Positions 25,701-37,481 are shown, numbered from the whole stretch's first letter. The stretch: DNA of 63,542 nt, filler included, from Octopus bimaculoides (GCF_001194135.2; 6 parts of 5 records of this genome joined end to end with filler, not necessarily neighbours in it), one strand, 5' to 3'. Numbers and translations are program-made. The notes: generated by a model from the letters alone, not told the origin.

Positions 25701-26342
25701 CTACCAGCTTATATATACACACGCATACATATGTACATGCACACATCACACATATATGTACACACATACATACGTATATATATATATATATATATNNNNN
25801 NNNNNNNNNNNNNNNNNNNNNNNNNNNNNNNNNNNNNNNNNNNNNNNNNNNNNNNNNNNNNNNNNNNNNNNNNNNNNNNNNNNNNNNNNNNNNNNATTCA
25901 ATGTTACGTCAGATGAGTACCATATAAACATGGGTATAATTCAAATTTCAAACAATAAATTAAATAGAGAAATACAATTGACAATCCAATAATTTATTTA
26001 TATTATAATATAACATAATATACTTTGACTATAAGATAAACAATTATTAGGAAACCAAAAAGTCAAGAATTTGTTTCGACATTATACATTTTTTTTATAT
26101 ATATAAACAACTCAATTCTCTTATATAAGCCTCATCAGAGCCAGTGGTTTGAAGATAGATGCCATTCCATGTGAAAGGACGGCTGGATTGTAAAAAAATT
26201 AATTCAAATATCTATGTATTATGAACGTGAGCATTATCCATTCAACTACATATCAATTACAATTAAAAACAATATTATAACGACAAAATAATTAAGTAGA
26301 ATCTACAACTATCGCAATATATTTCTATATATTTCAAATAAT

Positions 26343-26591
26343 TAGTTGTAAGCTGTCAACTTAATATGACAGTCCCCTGAAGTGAATAATACTACTGTTG
26401 GTTAGTCTTAGGAAGCTGCACCGCTTCCTGTCGGCATTGACACATTTCCTGTGTCCTTATGTTTACAAGGGGGAGACAAGCACCTCCACCTAGCTAAGCC
26501 TGCATCCAAAGACATGTTTCTGAGTCATTGCTCATCATCAATCTGGAGTAGCATGACCTGCTAGTCGACAATGCCTGTCAAGCTCTTGTAA
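26343..26591 (-). mobile_element. ~250-bp insertion with 12-bp TSD, carrying a hammerhead-like motif
   Basis: Direct repeat atttcaaataat at 26331-26342 and 26592-26603. The segment is absent from the opposite arm of the inverted repeat. Confidence 0.65.
26505..26547 (-). ncRNA. Minimal hammerhead-like motif with C3->U core variant
   Basis: The minus strand reads tccaga TTGATGA tgag caatga ctca GAAA c at g TC tttgga: a 6-bp stem I (one G-U), 4-bp stem II, palindromic CATG stem III and a GUC site. Confidence 0.55.
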
Positions 26592-26984
26592 ATTTCAAAT
26601 AATGTTTAGCCAAACTCTATGTCGTTTATATAAATAACTTTAAATAAATAGAAGAGTTACTATATATATAGAAAATATAAGTATCAGTTTATTTTTTTAC
26701 AAGTTTTATTACAGTTACTAAATTAAATAAAACCCTGATACTTAATTATATAAATATGCATTATTGTTGGATGTTATTATAATAGCGAAAGATTGTCTTC
26801 GGCATAAACGAGTTTGGTTTAATATTATTTGAGTTATATATTGATATATTTCGATAGTTGTAGATTATACATACTTAATCATTCTGTCCATTATAATTTT
26901 GTTGTTTTTAATTGTAATTGACATGTAGTTGAATGGCTAACGCTCACACTCGTAATACATAGGCATTTGAATTAATATTTTTAC

Positions 26985-27370
26985 AGGTGCAGGAGTAGCT
27001 GTGTGGTAAGTAGCTTGCTTACCAACCACATGCTTCCGGGTTCATTCCCACTGCGTGGCACCTTGGGCAAGTGTCTTCTACTATAGCCTCGGGCCGACCA
27101 AAGCCTTGTGAGTGGATTTGGTAGACGGAAACTGAAAGAAGCCCGTCGTATATATGTATATGTATGTATATGTGTGTGTGTATTTGTGTGTCTGTGTTTG
27201 CCCCCCCCCCCCAACATCAATTGAAAACCGATGCTGGTGTATTTACGTCCCCGTAACTTAGCGGTTCGGCAAAAGAGAACGATAGAATAAGTCCTGGGGT
27301 CGATTTGATCGACTAAAGGCGGTGCACCAGCATGGTCGCAGTCAAATGACTGAAACAAGTAAAAGAGTAA
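26985..27370 (+). mobile_element. tRNA-derived SINE family A (full length)
   Basis: aggtgcaggagtagctgtgtggtaag...ggttcattccc...ccttgggcaagtgtcttctactatagcctcgggccgacc...internal TA/TG tract...aatgactgaaacaagtaaaaagag. It interrupts the right arm of the inverted repeat. Confidence 0.9.
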
Positions 27371-28288
27371 CCCAACCGTACTTTCACACGGAATTTCGTC
27401 TATATTCAAACCATTGGCTCTGGTGAGGCTTACATAAGGGAATTGAATCGTTTATATATCAAAAAATGTATATAAGTCGAAATTGTTGGCTTATTTTAGT
27501 TTTTTAATAATTGCTTATGTTATATCATATTATATTCATAGTATAGTATATTATAATATGAATAAATTATTGGATTGTCAATTGTATTTCTCTATTTAAT
27601 TTATTGTTTGTAATTTGAATTATACCCATGTTTATATGGTATTCATCTGACGTAGCAGTGAACTGGATGTTTTATACACCCCTTTGAAGGATTTTAACAT
27701 TAATACATAATATCACACCCATTGTTAATCCTCACTTTACTTATACTCCATATAATTCACCTATGCCTACATCCCCAGCTATATTATCAATTTAACCTTA
27801 ATTTTTAGCATATATATATATATATATATATATATANNNNNNNNNNNNNNNNNNNNNNNNNNNNNNNNNNNNNNNNNNNNNNNNNNNNNNNNNNNNNNNN
27901 NNNNNNNNNNNNNNNNNNNNNNNNNNNNNNNNNNNNNNNNNNNNNNNNNNNNNNNNNNNNNNNNNNNNNNNNNNNNNNNNNNNNNNNNNNNNNNNNNNNN
28001 NNNNNNNNNNNNNNNNNNNNNNNNNNNNNNNNNNNNNNNNNNNNNNNNNNNNNNNNNNNNNNNNNNNNNNNNNNNNNNNNNNNNNNNNNNNNNNNNNNNN
28101 NNNNNNNNNNNNNNNNNNNNNNNNNNNNNNNNNNNNNNNNNNNNNNNNNNNNNNNNNNNNNNNNNNNNNNNNNNNNNNNNNNNNNNNNNNNNNNNNNNNN
28201 NNNNNNNNNNNNNNNNNNNNNNNNNNNNNNNNNNNNNNNNNNNNNNNNNNNNNNNNNNNNNNNNNNNNNNNNNNNNNNNNNNNNNNNN

Positions 28289-28336
<48 letters not shown>

Positions 28337-29794
28337 GTATGTATATGTATATATATATATTGCTGCACCCCGAGGCTTCCCGATGCTACCGCCAACACGG
28401 GTTCAACAGTATGTGGCCGTAGCTCGGGACACCGTAGGTGAGCTCAGCAAACCAACTTGCTTAGAGCGAAAGCGGTGGTAGTTTTATAAGTCAGAAAAGT
28501 TGACAATAACAAATAAAGCCGTTGAGTATAAGCAAAATAAAAGAACATTAATTAAAAGGCGAATGAACATTTATGGAATAAAATTTAGAGAGTCCTTTCA
28601 TTAATCTCTGAAATGTGTAGACTTCTTTTGTTGAGCTCTTCTTTTATTCACTAGTCTAATGATTCATTATTTTTTCTTTATCTTTCTTGCCGATTGAACT
28701 CTGCGGCTACTTCCAAATTCACATTAGCCCGGTACCCAACATCACTCTCCGCATCCTTCACGTTGCCACGTTCACACCATTTTCTCAGCCAGTTGAAAAC
28801 TTTCCATCTTACATCAAAAACGCCACTGTTCACATTAACCACTGATGCCAACTTCACACGATACCAACTACTGCGTAAACTGTATATTTATACTTAAATA
28901 TTGAATCGCCTGAAAATCTCTAGTCATTGCTTTCTTTCTGTTTCCATGCATATATATATAATATCAAACCCAAGTTGTTACATTTAATTTTTATCCGTAT
29001 AATTACCTCCATATTTGCTCACCTGGATTCTTCTTATAGCCACTCTTTACTTTGCGGAATTGATCCCTCGTAAAAACACGCGTATATGTATGTATAGTCT
29101 GGTCACAAGAATGCTACTGGTAACATGGAATCCGTACAATCTGTAGCATGGTTGGGTCATCGGCGACTAAACCGGCACCTCCACGAGGCTTACCTTGCGA
29201 TTTGGGTTGCTAGAAATCGAGCACGAATAAAAACAAAACTTGTCAAAAAGACGGATGAACCTTGTGTAGGTTCAACGATTATCTAGCAATAGTAGGGACC
29301 CTCAGAAATTACGGCTTCGTGTCCAGTGTATTGAAGACCACTGGAAGTGAGGCATCCCTCAGCTTTTCTTATAGCATGTCTCTAGGAGAAGGTTACCTTG
29401 ATATAAAACCAGATATGTAAGGAATGTCATTAAACATTTTTGGGATCTTTTACTTGCACTTGAGATCATAGTACTGCCATATCCCTGAGACAGCAACCCA
29501 TATTGGCAATGGTTATCTTGCTCTGACTTTCTCTGGATCTTGTCAATAGGGTGGGAGAGTGTCTGTGAGGTGTTGTGCAAGCCTTATTGGCCTTAAAATT
29601 TTAGGTTGTGCAGTCGCTGGTGAAACGACTTTCCGATACCCGGCTGAGTAGGAGGATGTCGCAGAGAGTATGGTAGCCGCGGGTGAGAATCCGCGGAAGC
29701 CAACTGCTGGTGCAATAACCACATACATGGACATTGATGATATTATGTATGGGCAGTGGTCAGTGACGGTCTTTCACGGTCGCAACTGAACAGC

Positions 29795-30186
29795 CATCAT
29801 GTATGCTGTAAGTTCCGCATTAATTCGCCGTAAATGTTTTCTTTATCTTGGATTTTTTATGGTACATTTGCATTCATTGGGCAGCTGATCCCCTCAATAG
29901 TGCATGACTTTTGTTCCCTGTTCCATGAAACAATATCAGGTCTGTTGTATTTGCAACGAAGTGAGGTTTTTATTGGGGTATTCCACCAGTATTCTTCGTT
30001 TGTAAAAGTGTAAATACCTGCTGGTTCTGGCATGCTTTTCAAGTGTACATCAGTGCAGTCTTTCCTGCTGATAGCATTGTAAATAGTCTTCGCAACTATA
30101 TCATGCCTCAGGGACAGGTGGTGTCTCATAGACATTTTGGGGGCAGTTGCTGATGATGTCGGTGACATCTTCTGCACTGGTAGACA
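29795..30186 (-). mobile_element. R4-like RLE LINE fragment (zinc-knuckle remnant plus PD..E endonuclease)
   Basis: EDVTDIISNCP / LRHDIVAKTIYNAI...EEYWWNTPIKTSLRCKYNRPDIVSWNREQKSCTIE.ISCP...KENIYGELMRNLQ. The 5' junction abuts an (ATAC)n tract at 30186-30240. Confidence 0.8.
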
Positions 30187-30462
30187 TGTATGTATGTATG
30201 TATGTATGTATGTATGTATGTATGTATGTATGTATGTATGTGAATGGATGGGAAACATTTTCACTTATTCTGTTGCAGAACTTTTGCATTTTTAAAAAAT
30301 ATTCTTGAAAAAATTATAAGGAATTGAATGAAATAGTTATGTAGGCGTGAAAAATATCTGATCCCTTTCTTCCGTAATAGACAGACATATATGCCATACA
30401 TGATAAGTAGATGAACTATACATCCATCTATCCATCCATACATACATACATACATACATACG

Positions 30463-30498
<36 letters not shown>

Positions 30499-30598
30499 NN
30501 NNNNNNNNNNNNNNNNNNNNNNNNNNNNNNNNNNNNNNNNNNTTAATTAATTAANNNNNNNNNNNNNNNNNNNNNNNNNNNNNNNNNNNNNNNNNNNN

Positions 30599-30639
<41 letters not shown>

Positions 30640-30935
30640 TATTTGTTTTAGTCATTTGGTCATTTGCCTTGAGACATGCTGGTGCAGCTCCTTAAAAGGG
30701 TTTTAGTTGAAGCAACCGACCCCTGGACTTATCATTTGTAAGCCTTGTACTTATTCTACTGATTCAATTTTGCCGAACCGCTAAGGTGCAGGGACACAAA
30801 CGCATCAACATCGGTTGTCAAGCGATGGTAGAGGGGACAAACAGGGACACAAAGAAACATACATATAAATATGTACCCCCACACACACACACACATATAC
30901 GACGGGCTTCTTTCAGTTTTCATCAACCAAGTCCA
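30640..30935 (-). mobile_element. SINE family A
   Basis: ttgttttagtcattt...gccgaaccgctaag...atcggttgtcaagcgatgg...gacgggcttctttcagttt. Confidence 0.8.
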
Positions 30936-31523
30936 CTCACAAGGTTTTATTCGGCAAGGTTTTGTTACGCCTATATATATATATATATATATATATATNN
31001 NNNNNNNNATATATATATATATATATATATATACGCACACGCACATGCACATACATATATGCGTATGCATGTGTATGTATGCGTTTGTATGCATATGTGT
31101 GTGAGTGTACGTTTACATGCGTATCTGCTACAGACTGTAAACGGTGAAAGAATTTGTCTAATCACAGAACTGATGCATTGATAAATAAAACGTTAAGAAA
31201 TCTTCGTTAATTCATTAAATCGATATAAATTAGCAAATTAGCAAATGATAAGTATTTATAAAAGTAGGCATTGCATATGCACACACGTGTGTGTGTGTGC
31301 GTCTATGTGTGTGTGTGTGTGTGTGTGCGTGTATGTGTGCGTGTGCGTGTATGTGTGTGTGTGTGCGTGTATGTGTGTGTGCATGTATGTGTGTGCGTTT
31401 AGCGCCTTACTAATACACCTGCTTGTTGTTCATACACCTGACGTCGTCTTTTGTTTTTCTGTATATTTTAACTATATATATGTAGAAAGATACACAAACA
31501 TACACATATATAGATATAGAATT

Positions 31524-31561
<38 letters not shown>

Positions 31562-31855
31562 NNNNNNNNNNNNNNNNNNNNNNNNNNNNNNNNNNNNNNN
31601 NNNNNNNNNNNNNNNNNNNNNNNNNNNNNNNNNNNNNNNNNNNNNNNNNNNNNNNNNNNNNNNNNNNNNNNNNNNNNNNNNNNNNNNNNNNNNNNNNNNN
31701 NNNNNNNNNNNNNNNNNNNNNNNNNNNNNNNNNNNNNNNNNNNNNNNNNNNNNNNNNNNNNNNNNNNNNNNNNNNNNNNNNNNNNNNNNNNNNNNNNNNN
31801 NNNNNNNNNNNNNNNNNNNNNNNNNNNNNNNNNNNNNNNNNNNNNNNNNNNNNNN

Positions 31856-31892
<37 letters not shown>

Positions 31893-32614
31893 CTTACATA
31901 TATTTATATACATACTTACATATATTTATATTTATATACATGTACGCACTCATTGACATAGATACACGTGTTTTCAAGGCAAATATCAGATATGATTTCC
32001 TCTTATGTATTTAAATCAAGTATTAATTGTTATAGAGTAGCATTTTCTGCTCATGCCAGAGACTCTAATATTATTCTTCAATATTACTCTGTTGGCTATA
32101 ACTGCAGGCGAACATTTCTTTCCTTTTCACAGTCGAATTATCAATGACTTAGCAGTTTTTTCGACTGATTGGCTCCAGATCAGTCGCAGAAACTGATCAA
32201 CGATTATGACATTCAACTTAAAAATTCTTTCATTTCTTACCGAAGCAGTGTGTCTATGTCATTATTAGATATATTCCTATGCTTTTTTTAAGACGATACA
32301 GCGCGCCATGAAAGATGGTAGACTGTCATTCCAGCACATATGAAGGGGTGCTGGAAAGTATCTGGCTTTGGGTTAAAGGAAATACAGGAGGATCAGTTGA
32401 TTATGATTTTCAACACATTCCCCTCTAAGATTCACACACTTATTGCAGCGGTCCTTCAGTTTTTTCTAAGAACTTGGAAGGTTGGGCCTCCGACTAGGCT
32501 TTTTCTGCGCCTCTTTCTTATGTTGACCTTTCAGAGCCTCACACAGTGCTTCTACCACCGTTGATTATCGTTATATTAGCCTTTACTGTGCAGGTCGAGA
32601 TGAAATGCGTTCCA

Positions 32615-33868
32615 AACGTGACCAACTTCAGCTGCTGTGATCAACTTATCGAGTTTCTTGAAGACAACACTGATGGTGGCTCTTGGGTGGATGTTACTTA
32701 CCTTGACTTTGCTAAAGCTTTTAATTCTGTGCCACACAAAAGACTTATGGCAAAACTCTCTGCAATGAGTGTGAAAGATGATCTTTTTAACTGCTTGGAG
32801 TCCTTCATTCTCAGCCGAAAAGCAGTAGTCACGGTTCTAGGACGGCATTCTTCACGTGATCTGGTGTACCGCAGGGATATGTTCTTGGTCCCCTTTTGTT
32901 TGTTGCATACATTAATGACATAGATGCCAGCTTAAAGAATGCCACAGTGCTGAAATATGCAAACGGCATCAAGCTATACCTTGAGATAAAAAGGACAGAT
33001 CCTGAACACTATAGATCTTTCCTGCAATCAGAGCTGGCACAATGCAACAATGGATCACAGACTGGCAACTCAAGCTGGCTGTGGACAGGTGTACCACCAT
33101 GCATTTTGGAAGGAAAAAATCCCAGCGTCCACATACTCTCTCCACAACACTAATATCAAGAAATCTTGTGAACGTGACCTAGGCATTAATTATATATAGC
33201 AACGATTTACGCTGGACAAAGCATATCTCTATGTCAAGAAAGCCGAGGGTGTTTTGGCATCACTCAGCAAGGCCTTTCTCAGCCGCTCTCCAGCTATATT
33301 TTTAAGGCTGTATATGGCTATGGTGCGGATACACTTAGAATTTACATCACCAGTCTGGAACCCTTATCTTGTTCAGGACATTGACCTCTTGATAACTGTT
33401 CAGAAACGTGCAACCAAGCGAATACCTTCCATCAGGCATCTACCCTACTTTGAACGCCTTGCTTCCTTGGGTATAGATACACTGACGCTCCGACGTCTGA
33501 CAACTGATTCGGTAAACACCCACAAAATTATTAACCCTCATGCCAACAACCACATGGAGCACCTTTTTGAACACACGTTGGCATGTCTAACACAAGTGGG
33601 CATGCCTACAAAGTCAGAAAACAGCACAGCTCCCATGACTCTTGGAAACATTTTTACACACTCAGAGTTGCTGAAGCATGGAACAAATTACCCGCATCAG
33701 TTGTTAGTTGCCAAGACATTGCATCCTTTAAAACCTCCATGCTTCCTGAAATTCACCAACACTACACCTGATATCCCCACCCCTCCATGTGCATGCACAC
33801 ATGTATCTCATGACTCATACACTGTTCGCTTTCCTGACTTTTCAACAAAATTCTATGCATTGTACATG
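32615..33868 (+). mobile_element. CR1-clade LINE, RT to 3' end, decayed
   Basis: VDVTYLDFAKAFNSVPHKRL, GVPQG..LGP..FVAYIND, KYAN(D)GIKLY, LYMAMVR.HLEFTSPVWNPYL..DI.LL..VQKRATK, GHAYKV...VAEAWNKLP; multiple frameshifts. Confidence 0.9.
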
Positions 33869-33879
33869 CACAGTGGAGG

Positions 33880-33923
33880 CACAATGGCCCAGTGGTTAGG
33901 GAAGCGGACTCCCGGTCGTAGGA
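33880..33923 (+). mobile_element. tRNA-like head of SINE family C, truncated by (ATGT)n
   Basis: gtggaggcacaatggcccagtggttagggaagcggactcccggtcgtagga carries an A-box-like motif and is related to the - copy near 48250. Confidence 0.55.
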
Positions 33924-34232
33924 TGCATGCATGTATGTATGTATGTATGTATGTATGTATGTATGTATGTATGCAGCTATGTATGTATGTAGCTATGTAC
34001 GAGTGCGTGTGTGTACGCATGCGTGCGTGTATGCTTGCATGTATGTATATTAGTATCTGTATGTCTATATAATACATACATCTATATTTCTCACTCTCAC
34101 ACTGTCCCTCCCTCTCTCTCTCTCTCTCTCCCTCTCGATATATGTACATACACACACAAATACACACTCACACACATATATAAAATATGTATACTTACAT
34201 ATACACATATATATATATGAACTATATATACA

Positions 34233-34398
34233 TAAGGCGCAGGAGTGGCTGTGTGGTAAGTAGCTTGCTTACCAACCACATAGTTCTGGTTTCAGTCCAA
34301 CTGCGTGCTACCTTGGGCAAGTGTCTTCTACTATAGCCTCGGGCCGACCAAAGCCTTGTGAGTGGATTTGGTAGACGGAAACTGAAAGAAGCCCGTCG

Positions 34399-34431
<33 letters not shown>

Positions 34432-34456
34432 CTGTGTGTGTCTGTGTATGTGTATG

Positions 34457-34494
<38 letters not shown>

Positions 34495-34730
34495 TGTGTG
34501 TGTNNNNNNNNNNNNCCCCCCCCAACATCGCTTGACAACCGATGCAGGTGTGTTTAGGTCCCCGTAACTTAGCGGTTCGGCAGAAGAGACCGATAGAATA
34601 AGTACTAGGCTTACAAAGAATAAGTCCTGGCGTCGATTTGCTAGATTAAAAGGTGGTGCTCCAGCATGGTCACAGTCAAATGACTGAAACAAGTAAAAGA
34701 GTAAAAGAGTAAAAGAGTAAAAGAGATACA
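34233..34730 (+). mobile_element. SINE family A (full length, CpG-intact, (GAGTAAAA)n tail)
   Basis: aggcgcaggagtggctgtgtggtaag ... aatgactgaaacaagtaaaagagtaaaagagtaaaagag. Confidence 0.9.
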
Positions 34731-35437
34731 TATGCGTACCTATATGTACACAGATGTACGCAGGTGCACTCTCACGCGCGCAAGCACACACACACACACA
34801 CATACATAAATATCATCCATCCATTCATAAGTATAGACAGACACGTGCACGTACGCACACACATGCACATACCCATATATTTATATATATTGTCTGTATG
34901 TTTCCTTCCATGTGTATGCATGTGTTTCTGTGTGCATTTGTGTCTGTGTGTGAATGAATACTTATCTGTGTGTGTGCGTGTGTGTGTGCGTGCGTGTGTG
35001 TGTGTGTGCGTGCGTGTGTCTGTGAGTGCGTGTGTCTGTGAGTGCGTGTGCATGGATACCACTGTCTTTCCAGATGTTTCTGCACCCAAATAACACTCAG
35101 AAATAAATATATCCACTTCACACAGATATTTAGTGATGTGTATGTATATAAATCGTATTGAAATTTAGAAACAAATCAATAATCGAAATAAAATGGGGAA
35201 AGCACCAACACACACATAAACACTAACACGCACACATGCACACACAGATACACACAAACATATATATACAAGCGCATATAAAGCCACACATATCGTAGCC
35301 TTACACATTCATATACGTAGACACACTACAAAGGGAAGCTCACAAATTAATTCATCTTCAGAGGCCAACAATAATTGAATGAACTTAGTAACTTAGTGCT
35401 TTATCGGTGGTCAATGAGTAACGGCGATAAGATATAT

Positions 35438-35492
<55 letters not shown>

Positions 35493-36019
35493 TATNNNNN
35501 NNNNNNNNNNNNNNNNNNNNNNNNNNNNNNNNNNNNNNNNNNNNNNNNNNNNNNNNNNNNNNNNNNNNNNNNNNNNNNNNNNNNNNNNNNNNNNNNNNNN
35601 NNNNNNNNNNNNNNNNNNNNNNNNNNNNNNNNNNNNNNNNNNNNNNNNNNNNNNNNNNNNNNNNNNNNNNNNNNNNNNNNNNNNNNNNNNNNNNNNNNNN
35701 NNNNNNNNNNNNNNNNNNNNNNNNNNNNNNNNNNNNNNNNNNNNNNNNNNNNNNNNNNNNNNNNNNNNNNNNNNNNNNNNNNNNNNNNNNNNNNNNNNNN
35801 NNNNNNNNNNNNNNNNNNNNNNNNNNNNNNNNNNNNNNNNNNNNNNNNNNNNNNNNNNNNNNNNNNNNNNNNNNNNNNNNNNNNNNNNNNNNNNNNNNNN
35901 NNNNNNNNNNNNNNNNNNNNNNNNNNNNNNNNNNNNNNNNNNNNNNNNNNNNNNNNNNNNNNNNNNNNNNNNNNNNNNNNNNNNNNNNNNNNNNNNNNNN
36001 NNNNNNNNNNNNNNNNNNN

Positions 36020-36079
<60 letters not shown>

Positions 36080-36196
36080 CAAGCTTTTATGCATGTGTCT
36101 ATAAATACATATATACATATACGCATATATGTGCGTGTATGTATATATAAATATATTTATTTATGTTGCATATACACATATCTGTTGAATATTTGC

Positions 36197-36231
<35 letters not shown>

Positions 36232-36599
36232 CTCACTCAGTACAAGCACACACACACAATAGCAACAACCACCTACAGTCTCCCAATTGGAAAACGTAGC
36301 CATAGCAATTTCCAGTGGCTGTGAACCGGATGGTTATGTTCTGTACCGCATCGTCTCCTGTAATCCTGTGTAGTTTTGGAAGGCTAAAAGAGATACATTT
36401 TTTAAATAATCTTCTCAATCTTCATTCTGATCTATTTATGTTTTTAATCTCTTGTATTGATAAGTGACATTGGTTATATATGAAGTTTGATCAAAAAGCA
36501 TTGGGACTTGTGCTATAAAAACAAAACTACGCCGCGTATCAATTCGGCATTTAATTTGTAACGAAGTGGTCTCTTTCTAAAACTATATTCTTTATCCAG

Positions 36600-36947
36600 C
36601 GTCGTTACCATTGGTAAACTCAGCCTCGGCGGAATATGAACTCGGAGTATAAAGAGTCGGAAGAAATGCCGGTAAGCGTTCTGTTCGACGCGTTAACCAT
36701 TCTGCCCGCTCGCAACCGTTAATAATAATACCACCACCTCCACCACCACCAATTCCATCACCACCACTATCAATTCCATCACTACCACGAGGACAAGTCG
36801 AATATATTGACCCCAATGCTCAAATGGTAGTTATTTTATCGACCCTGAAAATATGAAAATTAAAGTTAACCTCAGAACATAAAGAAGGTCGAAATGCCGT
36901 TAAGCATTTTGCCTGGCGTGCTAACGATTCTACCAGCTCGCCGCCTT
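36600..36947 (-). mobile_element. Two adjacent SINE family B fragments
   Basis: 36600-36715 and 36800-36947 are reverse complements of the family B 5' half; the second begins AAGGCGGCGAGCTGG directly at the TAA tract. Confidence 0.7.
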
Positions 36948-36987
36948 AATAATAATAATGATAATAATAATAATAATAATAATAATA

Positions 36988-37392
36988 GACAACACAGCAG
37001 AAAATGATACGTGCAGAATTTGTGGACAAAACGGTGAAACCGTATGGCATATTACCAGACAACGTACGCCACTAGCCCAGAAGGAATATAAGAGATGCCA
37101 CGACAATATAGCCGGGCTTGTCCATTGGACACTCTGCAACAAGTATGGACTTGACAGAGCAAAAAATTGGTACGATCACAAACCTGAAAACATTGCCGAA
37201 AATAGAAATGTAAAGATCCTATGGGATTTTATGATTCTGTGCGACTATGAGATAGAGAATAGGAAGCCGGACATGGTCTTAATTGAGAAAGAAAACAAAC
37301 TATGCTGGATCTTAGATATAGCATGCCCAGCTGACAACAAGGTATGCGATAAGGAAGAAAGAAAAGACAAGAGATATGACAGGTTAGCTTGA
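36988..37392 (+). mobile_element. R4/Dong-clade LINE fragment (CCHC knuckle plus RLE)
   Basis: CRICGQNGETVWHI...LAQKEYKR.HDNIA.LVHW.LC..YG....KNWYDHKPE...EN..VKILWDF.I.CD..IENRKPDMVLI.K....ILDIACP.D; starts immediately after (TAA)n at 36947-36987. Confidence 0.88.
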
Positions 37393-37421
37393 GAATCGTT
37401 TGCTTTGGTGTAGTAACTTAC

Positions 37422-37481
37422 CTGAAGTGTCTTCCTGCTTTGTTGATGACTCCGTGAAGACAAACCGGAGATGCGTACACC
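37422..37481 (-). other. Candidate 60-nt internal exon of an unidentified minus-strand gene
   Basis: The minus strand reads ...gtatatctttcag|GGTGTACGC...ACACTTCAG|gtaagtt. Splice sites are consensus, the length is divisible by 3 and all three frames are open (e.g. GCTHLRFVFTESSTKQEDTS). No homology recognised. Confidence 0.3.

Larger units (their letters stand above)
25898..27660. mobile_element. Long diverged inverted-repeat element (PLE-like inverted termini) with two nested insertions
   Basis: 25898-26342 (plus 26593-26625) is the reverse complement of 26800-26984 joined to 27371-27660. Each arm has a hammerhead-like core (CTGATGA on - at 26132-26138; CTGGTGA on + at 27420-27426). Confidence 0.75.

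Noticed and set aside
28385-28490. Hammerhead-like gctc...gagc-GAAA hairpin
   Set aside because: The upstream core (taggtga) differs from CTGANGA at three positions; too degenerate.
33880-33923. tRNA gene
   Set aside because: Only a tRNA-like SINE head; no complete cloverleaf or terminator.
30756-35121. Many 60-270 aa ORFs rich in HT, CV, YI or SL dipeptides (also 4.7-6.2, 39, 44, 47, 51, 60-61 kb)
   Set aside because: They are translations of CA, TA and CT microsatellites, SINE bodies and N gaps.
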